The notes below the pieces were generated by a model. That model was not told the DNA's origin. It ran no database searches and worked only from the letters and a program-made list of their open reading frames with translations. Below are positions 24,534-32,918 of a stretch of 50,539 nucleotides of DNA, piece by piece. A program made the position numbers and the translations under genes. Source of the DNA: a virus (lineage: Duplodnaviria > Caudoviricetes); IMG/VR virus record IMGVR_UViG_3300010400_000011, positions 1 through 50,539 of that record; one strand, given 5' to 3'. How positions within the stretch are numbered: the stretch's first letter is position 1; each line of letters starts with the position of its first letter.

Positions 24534-27204
24534 CCTGTTGGCTTAGTCAGCAGAAGGTCTGTTGACTCACAGTTGTAGTCGAGAAGTCAACCGGAGCGCC
24601 CCTACCCGTTGCAACAATGGGGCTCAAGAGTTGCTGATGGCGATGGAAAAACAGCACCCCGCTCGCAAGAGTTTCGTGTCTAGCGAATGCAAAGTGGGTT
24701 TTCGCACAAATAGCTCCCGGTTACTCGGGGCTATTTTCTCTTCGGGGTGAAGCTTTCGGCCAGACGTCTTTAGGCAAGGAAAGTGAGACAGAAGAACTAG
24801 TAGCTGCCACTAGTCCCCATAAGCAGCACAATTTATTAATCTACCGACGGGAAGAGCTAATCGCTATCCGTCGTCGACTGTAGCTCAAGCAGAGCCCCAC
24901 ATTGTATAGTCTTGTGTCCGGCTAATACCGGAGTAATTCAAGGTGCGGAAGCGTGGGAGGTGGGATTATTAGCAGTGTCCCCGGTCAAATACTCCCGCAG
25001 CCTACGGGTCCCTTGGATGGCGATGATCGCCCGTAGAACTCTCCCGAAAACTGATCAGATGGAGAGATGAAACAAGCAACGTATCGCGGCAAGACCGGGT
25101 GCTCGTAAAGCCGGTCGCTATTCATTAATCGAGGTGCAGTATGAGAAACGGCACTAACCGTACCGGCCGATCGTTGAACTCAACAAGTGTGAGTGGAGTA
25201 CGGAACTGCACCTCTTTGAAATCTGTGACGATGAAACCTCATCGCTAGCGCCTTCAGGAAGCGCCGTCACAGTGTGTGCGCATTAAGTTGCGCTCCCTGC
25301 CTGTTAGTGGAGGCCTCAGGTCCAAACTGAGAGCATTGTGCCACGACTGTGCAGCAGCTGGGTTGCCAGCATATCACTGCGAGCATTGTACGCATAATGG
25401 ACCCGCCAGATAAGCGGTCATCCAAATGGCGTGCCGCTACAAATGACTCCAGCTAGCTCAGCCCGATGGGTTGTAAAAGTGGTTCAAATCCACCTGAGCT
25501 ATTCAGGCGTGATCCGACAATCTCTAACCTCCGGGAGCATGGCCCGGTTACCAACTAGGACTTGGCTGTAGGGACACTTCAGGGACACCAGAGATGGAGC
25601 AAACCAATGCTAATCCTGAAGCACGGTGTCGAACCCGTGATAACGGTGGTCCAGTCACAGGCACAAGAGAAAGTCCGAGCGCAGCGGTCCCATTAGCCGC
25701 GTAGCAACCAGAAATATGGCTTATTACCTGTGCTGACACACGGGGACAGTCCTAGCTGTGGGCTAGGGTTTATGACCTCCTTAGGAGGAGCCAGTCCGAA
25801 GAAGTGGCCCTGAAGTGCTAGGGTGCAACCGAAACATGTGGGCACGTTGGGACGTATGAACCCAAATAGGACAAAGATGTCGACTGAGACCTAGGAGCAA
25901 TGATCTACAGGTTCATTGTTGCCGAACTGACGCTGACCCTCTGATGAAGAGGGTATAACTCAACAAACATCACCTTAGCAAAGGCAGAAACAACAAGCGT
26001 TCCATAGGATACTCTGTTTAAAGCTGGGAGCGTTACCCAGACCCTCTAATGAGGTGTGTCATCGGACAAAACCTGAGACCTATGAGGCAGAGACGATAAA
26101 GGGCGGTTCGACTCCTCCCCATGGCGGGCAGCACGTACTGTTGTATAAGCTACTGTTGTTAAAACCTGATGTGAAAGTCCGAAAGGTGAGAACAGGAAAT
26201 AAGACATCCTTACGTACTCCGGTAGCAACAGAGTTTATTGCCAGACGGTTGGCAAACGTAAACGATGCAAAGCGTTAGCGTAAGTACCAGTCAAAAGAGG
26301 AGATTGCCCTCGTTAAAACAGTCAGCCAGCCCTGAGGAAAGATGGGCAAGCCTACGGTAATGGCGTTCCGTTCTAACGTCTAGAGTTAAGGTAAGTCTGA
26401 CCCTCAATCAGACCCACCCACTGTTTGCCACCGTTCACTCGGTAGTTGCCGCAGGGAGCTTGTCCCTCCAATAGACCGCTAGTGTTCACTGACATCAGGA
26501 ACTCGCCAGAGGAAAAGCACCGCTGGGTAAGCGCCTCGAAAGAATGCCAGTATGCCTATTCTTCCTGTCGGCCAACTGTAAATTGGTCCCACTTTAAGGT
26601 CCCGTGAGGGAGTGCCGTGGTGGTGAGTAGATGCCGGAAGTACTCCGGGTCGGAGACAGGCTAAATGAGTAACCCTCAATAGGTGAGATCACCGATCGTC
26701 TATCGGCGGATCAAGCAGACGGCGGATAACGTCGGGGTTATCGTTGTCAACCCAATCCATCATGCAATGTGTACGCTCGGTCGTACTGCTTGTTATGGAG
26801 TAAGTAGCTGCCACAGGCCGGCAGTTGATGAGAACGAACACCAAAGCAACAGTTGTATGGATGACTCGCGCTAGACCGCTGGAAGCAGCGTCAGATGCGA
26901 GATGAGGAGCAGACAAGCCGTAGTGATCGTAGATCACGTCATAGTGATTGAAAATCACGGAAGAGAACCACCGGGTTAAGTGGTAGTTACACGCCGCGTC
27001 CGGGCCGGATGTCCTAAGTCTCTGACGTCGTACAATCGCATTAAGACTAACCCAAGCAGGAAGAGAGGCCATCATGACACATGTCCAACCCCGAACCCTG
27101 CACCAATACTTAAAATACGTCACACAAGCCCCACGTCCCCCATAAATAAATAAGAAGGGCAGGGGGCCAGCAAAAGCTGGCTCCTGAGCCACAAGGAGGT
27201 TACG
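24534..27204 (+). ncRNA. ~2.67-kb highly structured non-coding region (giant ncRNA or ncRNA array)
   Basis: No credible RBS-led ORF; dozens of hairpins and long-range helices, G-U pairs favouring the + strand, T-loops, GNRA/UUCG tetraloops. Confidence 0.7.
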
Positions 27205-27516
27205 ATGAAGGCATCAGATTTGATCCAGCTGTTGGAATACGGCAAGGCGTTCAAGGAGCCTAAGCCGAAGCGCCGCAGCAAGAAGGATTTCGAACTAGAC
27301 GGCATTAGCATCACGATGATGCTGCACAAGAGGTTGGAAGAAGCAGCAGCTTTGAAGAAGCTTCTTGACGACTACGAGAAGGCCAACAAGAAGGAAGAAA
27401 AGAAGGAAGAAAAGAGCTGGTCAATTGCCACGATTTCCACCTTCTATATCGCTACCTTCCCTATCATCGGGCCGCTCGCAGTGCTGGGCTTCCGCTCTCT
27501 GATGCACGGAGGGTAA
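27205..27516 (+). CDS. Hypothetical protein with C-terminal hydrophobic segment
   Basis: AAGGAGGT RBS. Confidence 0.75.
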   Translation: MKASDLIQLLEYGKAFKEPKPKRRSKKDFELDGISITMMLHKRLEEAAALKKLLDDYEKANKKEEKKEEKSWSIATISTFYIATFPIIGPLAVLGFRSLMHGG

Positions 27517-27642
27517 GATGCAACTCTGCCCAAAGAGCAAGAAAGTAGTCTTCAACAAGAAGAGTGACGCCAAAGCAGCCGCTAGACGATATGGCTTGTA
27601 TGTCTACTTCTGCAGGCATTGTCCTAACTGGCATCTGACAAA

Positions 27643-27864
27643 GTGTCCCATCTACCGTGGGAGATTGCACGAATGCTAAGCCATCCGTTTGATCCCGAGT
27701 GGGATACCGACAAAGGCTGGAAATCCAAAGCTACTGCGGAGGAAATCATGGATGTCTTGGATGGTCCCGAGCAAGAATGCATCCCGATTACCGCGGAGAT
27801 CATAAAGACCATCGATCTTTCGCGTCGTCCTCACCTTTTCCCAAACGAGAATTGGGGGTCGTAA
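27643..27864 (+). CDS. Hypothetical protein (73 aa)
   Basis: ORF in operon context. Confidence 0.5.
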   Translation: MSHLPWEIARMLSHPFDPEWDTDKGWKSKATAEEIMDVLDGPEQECIPITAEIIKTIDLSRRPHLFPNENWGS

Positions 27865-27886
27865 GACCTCCTTTAATGGATTTAAA

Positions 27887-28771
27887 TTGAAGAATATTAA
27901 TACTCTCATCAAGGATGTTTATCATGTCGCCGAACAAGAAAGCTGGCTTAGTCCAGATGACGCTTCGCGATATAGTTCTCAAATGGCGACTGCAGTCATG
28001 GAACGGCTCTTGGACGATCGATCCGGACAAGCAGGCCGCCTTCGTCTCTCTGCAATGGGTGAGGTCTGCCCAAGAAGCTTGTGGGCATCGGTTCACGCAC
28101 CAAGCGTACGTGAGAGACTCCCAGCCCACGTCAGGATCAAATTCCACTTTGGCGATGTAGTCGAGGCACTAGCAATAACTCTTGCTAAGGCTGCCGGACA
28201 CACAGTCACAGGAGAGCAAGATGAACTCGAGCTACTTGGCGTCAAGGGTCACAGAGATTGTGTCATTGATGGGGCTATTGTGGATGTCAAGTCTATCAAT
28301 AGCATGGGCTTTCAAAAGGTCAAAGCTAAGCTGGTTGCCGAAGATGTTTTCCTTCGGTCTTATCTGGATCAGCTCGATGGGTATCTTCTGGCATCTGCTA
28401 ACGACCCCTTAGTAACAGTAAAGGATAAGGCCTATCTTTGGTGTATAGACAAAAGTATGGGCCATATGACATTGTATGAACACAAACTTAGATCAGACCA
28501 CATACGTCAAAGGGTTACACAGTATAAGCAATACGTGGCTCTCCCTGAGCCCCCTGCTTGCACGTGCGGTGTCATCCCAGACGGTCAGTCTGGAAACCTT
28601 AGACTTGATCTTAAAGCAAGCTACAATCCTTACAAATACTTCTGCAACCCTCATCTCAGAACTTTCCTCTACAAAGAACGCGGAGGAACCAAACCAGTCC
28701 ACCTCGTGAAGGTTATACGGAAGCCTGACGTCACCGAGGTTGACAGAGACGGACGTATCGTGTATAATTAA
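27887..28771 (+). CDS. PD-(D/E)XK (Cas4-like) exonuclease
   Basis: LRLSAMG..CPR, KFHFGDVVE, GHRDCVIDG..VDVKS and YLDQL..Y motifs. Confidence 0.85.
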   Translation: MKNINTLIKDVYHVAEQESWLSPDDASRYSSQMATAVMERLLDDRSGQAGRLRLSAMGEVCPRSLWASVHAPSVRERLPAHVRIKFHFGDVVEALAITLAKAAGHTVTGEQDELELLGVKGHRDCVIDGAIVDVKSINSMGFQKVKAKLVAEDVFLRSYLDQLDGYLLASANDPLVTVKDKAYLWCIDKSMGHMTLYEHKLRSDHIRQRVTQYKQYVALPEPPACTCGVIPDGQSGNLRLDLKASYNPYKYFCNPHLRTFLYKERGGTKPVHLVKVIRKPDVTEVDRDGRIVYN

Positions 28772-29133
28772 TGTCAGCTAGAGCAAGACATTTACTTAAG
28801 AAATACGGAATAAGTGAGGATCAATATGATATCCTTTTGCGGAAGCAGGGAAGTCGTTGTGCAGTGTGTGGCCGACATTCTGATAGCTTTAAAACCAGAC
28901 TCTCTATCGATCACGATCACCACTCGGGGTTCATCCGAGGACTGCTATGTACGTATTGTAACCGATACGTCGTTGGTCGACACCGTAAAGGTCAAGGTTC
29001 TGAACTACTCAGAGCAGCTTACGAATATCTCATTTCCGACTACCCCGGTTGGATAGTCCCGCCTAAACCCAAACGAAAGAAAAGGAAAAGACATGAAACC
29101 CGAAACAGAAAAATCGCTCTTCAGCGTATTTGA
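28771..29133 (+). CDS. Recombination endonuclease VII family protein
   Basis: KYGIS..Y, CAVC and IDHDHHSGFIRGLLCTYCN. Confidence 0.9.
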   Translation: MSARARHLLKKYGISEDQYDILLRKQGSRCAVCGRHSDSFKTRLSIDHDHHSGFIRGLLCTYCNRYVVGRHRKGQGSELLRAAYEYLISDYPGWIVPPKPKRKKRKRHETRNRKIALQRI

Positions 29134-29230
29134 AGGCTTTATGGGTGCGTTTCTCTTCTTCGTCATCGTCGGTCTTCTCGACAAATACGGATACCTCGAT
29201 CCTATTGCAGATTGGCTTGGGATGAAGTGA
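29093..29230 (+). CDS. 45-aa membrane peptide
   Basis: AAGGA RBS; hydrophobic core FMGAFLFFVIVGLL. Confidence 0.5.
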   Translation: MKPETEKSLFSVFEGFMGAFLFFVIVGLLDKYGYLDPIADWLGMK

Positions 29231-29367
29231 GTTATGCGACAATACTAGAGACCTATTCTCTAGAAGACCTGCTAGAATTGAACGACCTCACTGCTGAAGA
29301 TTGTCTGGAGTTTTTAGTAGATGAAGGATACCTCGAACTTCCAGAGATCAAACCGTTAGACTTCTGA
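29227..29367 (+). CDS. 46-aa acidic protein
   Basis: GTGA overlap; SYATILETYSLEDLLELNDLTAEDCLEFLVDEGYLELPEIKPLDF. Confidence 0.55.
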   Translation: MSYATILETYSLEDLLELNDLTAEDCLEFLVDEGYLELPEIKPLDF

Positions 29368-29430
29368 TGCACCATCCAAAGAATAAAGCAGAGCGCCGAA
29401 GAGTTGCTCTAGAGAAAGATAGATTTAAAT

Positions 29431-29709
29431 ATGACCGTGACGAAGCTGTCGCACGACGCCTCGCGGAAGAAGCCCTTGAGCAGAAGGAAGCCCTCGATGT
29501 CCTCCGGAGAAAAGTTCCTGAAGAGGAAGACAGTTAAAAGTCTCGAGATTTCCCGTGTTAATCTCACGGATGTTCTTGCTTCGTGGCTTCATGCTACTCG
29601 AATGATTGATGATGCTCAAAATATTACAGATATTAAATTTCACCCACACTCAACTAACGAAGACCTTCTCACGCTTGAGGTCATCACCACCGGAGGTAAA
29701 ACAACCTAA
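29431..29709 (+). CDS. Hypothetical protein (92 aa)
   Basis: ORF in operon context. Confidence 0.5.
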   Translation: MTVTKLSHDASRKKPLSRRKPSMSSGEKFLKRKTVKSLEISRVNLTDVLASWLHATRMIDDAQNITDIKFHPHSTNEDLLTLEVITTGGKTT

Positions 29710-29713
29710 GAAA

Positions 29714-29959
29714 ATGACTGCAAGAAAGAGGGACTATCGCAAGGAGTACGATCAATATCAAGGTACTCCTGAACAGAAGAAGAGACGAGCTGATAGAAAT
29801 CGTGCACGGCGACGTGCAATGAAAGAAGGCCGAGTCCATAAAGGGGATGGAAAAGAACTCGACCACGTAGGTTTTCATCGTAAGGGTCGCCTCAAGAACG
29901 TGCCAACTAAAGTTGTTAGTGAGCATGCAAATCGTATTAGGCAACCGCCTAGATCATGA
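29714..29959 (+). CDS. Small HNH-like basic protein
   Basis: RDYRKEY...RNRARR...GDGKELDH...ANR pattern; GGAGG upstream. Confidence 0.7.
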   Translation: MTARKRDYRKEYDQYQGTPEQKKRRADRNRARRRAMKEGRVHKGDGKELDHVGFHRKGRLKNVPTKVVSEHANRIRQPPRS

Positions 29960-30216
29960 ATGAGTTTGACTTTCTAAAACAACACGGTTATGGTGTTGTA
30001 TACGGTGCAGATGCCGTTAGAGCTAAGATTAATTCATTAGGTCATAACAAGAACAAGGAAAAACAAATGACTGACTTCGATATCAAGGAAACCGTGGTTC
30101 AGACCGGGTACGTCAATAAGGACGGCAAGTTCGTTCCAGAGACCGATCCCACGAAGGTCGAACAGATCAATTCTGGGCCTGTGTTCGTTCAATCAAGCGA
30201 AGACAGCGTCGAGTAA
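29956..30216 (+). CDS. Hypothetical protein
   Basis: ATGA overlap; possible internal start at 30067. Confidence 0.5.
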   Translation: MNEFDFLKQHGYGVVYGADAVRAKINSLGHNKNKEKQMTDFDIKETVVQTGYVNKDGKFVPETDPTKVEQINSGPVFVQSSEDSVE

Positions 30217-30297
30217 ACCCAACCGGCTTGGACCGGGAACTTGGGAGAGTAGTAAGCGGAACCCGCTCAAACGCTCTCCCTTTCTTTTGGAAATAAT

Positions 30298-30960
30298 ATG
30301 GACCCTCTTAACAACTTAGTGGATTTCATACACCTGATCTATCCTAAACGAGCAATCAATCCTGCAATAATTGCTTGCTTCGAAAACTCAAAGTTTAGCG
30401 ATAAAGAAAATAGAAAGAAAGTAATGACCGATTACGAGATTTTATTAGCAGATTGCCCACCTCCGACAGCATGTCCGGCTCTGTGCTCTGCCCCCTGTAA
30501 GGAACCTTTCTGGGGACCCAAAAACGCTAAGAAGAAGGATAAAAGTCCCATGAACTACGCATCTGCAACTGTGATCGCTCAGGACAATACCGAACGCGAT
30601 CAGCGTCGCTTCCTCTCCGAGCAACTCTACACGGCTTATTACACAGCCAAGACTGCTCTCGAGCGCAAATTCGGTCTGATCGATGACGAAGCTCCGAAGA
30701 CGCTCTTGGATACCGTCAAGCGCATTCAGGATGGTCTGTTCGTGATCCCTGAGAAGTACAAGGATGAAAAGGTCTACGGCGGACTGGGCCATCTGCGCTG
30801 GCGTGACCCGAAGACCGTCGAGGACAAGGATGGCTTCGAAGCAGCTAAGGACGAGCTGAAGAAGGCTCGGAACGCTGTTGAGCGAACCATCACGATCCTG
30901 TCGCCTGCCGAGGGCCTGAAGGCTCTGCAGGACTTCGAGGCGGCTAACGCTCCGAAGTAA
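30298..30960 (+). CDS. Hypothetical protein (true start may be 30424 or 30550)
   Basis: Strong codon bias in the 3' two-thirds; last gene of the plus arm. Confidence 0.7.
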   Translation: MDPLNNLVDFIHLIYPKRAINPAIIACFENSKFSDKENRKKVMTDYEILLADCPPPTACPALCSAPCKEPFWGPKNAKKKDKSPMNYASATVIAQDNTERDQRRFLSEQLYTAYYTAKTALERKFGLIDDEAPKTLLDTVKRIQDGLFVIPEKYKDEKVYGGLGHLRWRDPKTVEDKDGFEAAKDELKKARNAVERTITILSPAEGLKALQDFEAANAPK

Positions 30961-31033
30961 TTCCTACAAGCGAGAGAAGAGAGCTTAAGCTCCCCTCGCT
31001 AAGGACCCCGCTTAGTGCGATATAAGCGCGCAT

Positions 31034-31072
31034 AAAAGAACCCCCTAGGCTTCGCAGCTTAGGGGGTTTTTT
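31034..31072. terminator. Bidirectional rho-independent terminator between the two arms
   Basis: AAAAGAACCCCCTAGGC-TTCGCA-GCTTAGGGGGTTTTTT at the convergence point. Confidence 0.9.
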
Positions 31073-31088
31073 CGTGTCTTAATTCTGA

Positions 31089-31241
31089 TTAGGCGTTTTC
31101 AGCCCATTCTTGGAGTTTTTCTAATAACTCTGGAGGAGTGATTAGAGGGTTGTATCCAAATAAATATTCGTCATCAGATAGACGAAAATAGTGGATTTCA
31201 GTGCGGCCTTCGTTAGAATGCCAAGTTTCAATTCGATTCAC
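31089..31241 (-). CDS. 50-aa hypothetical protein
   Basis: GTG start, NRIETWHSNEGRTEIHYFRLSDDEYLFG...; fills the gap before the terminator. Confidence 0.45.
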   Translation of the reverse strand: MNRIETWHSNEGRTEIHYFRLSDDEYLFGYNPLITPPELLEKLQEWAENA

Positions 31242-31253
31242 GATGATAGGACC

Positions 31254-32918
31254 TTATTTTACTTCAGTTTGTAATCCATATGGAGTAGTCCGTGCTGGTT
31301 TAATACTAACAATTGGAGTATCAGAGTCTTCCGTCCATCTAGGATGTACTCCAGATCTTTGTTTTTCAGTTAGATGTAGTCTAGCTTCGACATTTCTGGC
31401 CTCGATTTCACCTGCGAGATTTAAATACTTTTGGTAAGCTTTTTCATCTCCTGCTGCTACGTATTCTTTCCATTTATTGACTATTGGTAGAAGTCTGTTT
31501 ATCTCAGCAAGCTCTGCTTTAGTTGCATCACCGCCTCTGTCTTTAATTTTATTGTAAATTTCTCTAAGAGGATTTTCTACTTGCTGTTTAAAATCTTTAG
31601 CATATTTAAGCTCATAAGTCTTTCCTGCTTGACCCCATGAACCTCCTGCAGCAAATCCTTCCTCACCTTGAATGGCGTGTTGAATTTCATGCAAAAGCAC
31701 ATCCTTAGTATTATACTCTGCAGAGCCTATTACAATTTCTCTAGTGTTAGGATTCCAGTGTGCCGTTTGAACTGAAGTATCTTTAATTACAGGAATATCT
31801 TGTAACCAAGGGTATGCTTTATATAAATCTGGATGATCTAAGACTTCTCCAAGAGTAGTTGCTGTCTTTCCTGCGTGAGGATCAAAAGGCTCTTGCTTAA
31901 ATAAATCACTTAGTTGGTCTTCTAAAAGTTTAGGTGTAGAAGCATCTGCTGGAACATAAGCTGGCTTTGGCTCTTCATGATACCACCCATGTTTAAATTT
32001 AGCTTTACTATCGTCTAGCTCAAATCTCCAACGGTTGTCTACTCCTCTAAAGGCTCCAATATCTTGAAAGATTTTATCTGGATGTATACCTTTTGATTCA
32101 AGGAACTGAGCTTCTTTCAAATCTCTTAGCTGCTTTGCGTTCATTCCTTTAACACCTATGAATGAACCTAGTGTACCGTCTGCCATTTTTGCAGCAACAG
32201 GAGCAGGTCCAAATACCATAAAGCCAGCTAGATCAAAGGCACGCTCAATACCTTGATCTGACATAGGATCAATTTTACCACTGTAAACATCGCCAGGCAA
32301 TGCGAAGGCATTCTTCACTGTGTCATAGAAACCTTTGAGCATCTCGACGTCTTTCTTAGCATTAAAACTAGCTGCTACAGGAAAAGATCCCTCAGGAAGC
32401 AATGCTTCTGCAACGCCATTAGAAGGCTCAGGAGCGGAAGAAGTATCTTCAGGTACCCCAGTACCTCCCATGAATTTAAACTCACCAGCGGGCTTCCTAG
32501 AGCCTTCTGGAGGCATTCTAGAGATGGTGTTATCTTTCATTACTTTAAGCTCTTCAGCAGGCTTAGTAGGAGAAGTTCCACCTTTCCAAGGATCGTTCAT
32601 ATTCTCTACTTGATTAATAAAACCAAGAGTTTCTATAGCGTCTGGCTTCTTGATATTGTTATAACCAAGTTCTTGAGCTAGATTATTACTAGTATAAGCA
32701 CCTCTAGGATATCCAAAGAAGAAATCGTGAGGACTTACACCGAACTGCTTCTCAAAACGAGATGGCATTTCATACGTAAATGTTGTATCTTCTCGTCTAT
32801 CTTCTATGTTAGGTCTGTACAGTTGTTTTATATCATCTGGGATATTGGGATGTGTCAGTGCAACAGCTGATAACTCGTCTGGGTAGACAGTTCCGTTTAT
32901 AACAATTCCATCACTCAC
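31254..32918 (-). CDS. LPD23-type polyvalent-protein domain with HExxH zincin-like motif
   Basis: RGVDNRWRFELDDS, LDHPDLYKAYP, LLHEIQHAIQGEEGFAAGG and AGEIEARNVEAR. Confidence 0.75.
   Translation of the reverse strand: MSDGIVINGTVYPDELSAVALTHPNIPDDIKQLYRPNIEDRREDTTFTYEMPSRFEKQFGVSPHDFFFGYPRGAYTSNNLAQELGYNNIKKPDAIETLGFINQVENMNDPWKGGTSPTKPAEELKVMKDNTISRMPPEGSRKPAGEFKFMGGTGVPEDTSSAPEPSNGVAEALLPEGSFPVAASFNAKKDVEMLKGFYDTVKNAFALPGDVYSGKIDPMSDQGIERAFDLAGFMVFGPAPVAAKMADGTLGSFIGVKGMNAKQLRDLKEAQFLESKGIHPDKIFQDIGAFRGVDNRWRFELDDSKAKFKHGWYHEEPKPAYVPADASTPKLLEDQLSDLFKQEPFDPHAGKTATTLGEVLDHPDLYKAYPWLQDIPVIKDTSVQTAHWNPNTREIVIGSAEYNTKDVLLHEIQHAIQGEEGFAAGGSWGQAGKTYELKYAKDFKQQVENPLREIYNKIKDRGGDATKAELAEINRLLPIVNKWKEYVAAGDEKAYQKYLNLAGEIEARNVEARLHLTEKQRSGVHPRWTEDSDTPIVSIKPARTTPYGLQTEVK

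Noticed and set aside
24921-24959. 16S rRNA-like words (GCTAATACCGGA, AGGTGCGGAAGCGTGGGAG; also CTGATGTGAAAG near 26166)
   Set aside because: Short, not collinear at rRNA spacing and embedded in different local structures; not an rRNA gene, though mimicry is not excluded
25936-25970. Hammerhead ribozyme core CTGATGA
   Set aside because: No GAAA after a stem II; the motif sits in a simple hairpin ACCCTCT-GATGA-AGAGGGT
26916-26950. Group II intron domain V-like AGCCGTA-GTGATC...GATCAC-GT
   Set aside because: The 3' strand cannot pair with AGCCGT; no interrupted gene or maturase
24562-27192. Short ORF-track calls inside the structured region (24562, 25548, 26046, 26054, 26479, 26683, 26689)
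   Set aside because: No clear RBS, mostly non-ATG starts, no codon bias or protein-like motifs, and mixed strands; treated as chance ORFs
24534-27204. Canonical tRNA cluster or CRISPR array
   Set aside because: No complete cloverleaf with D-arm, 7-nt anticodon loop and T-loop together; no regularly spaced direct repeats
27887-28771. cas4 gene of a CRISPR system
   Set aside because: No other cas genes or array; typical stand-alone phage exonuclease
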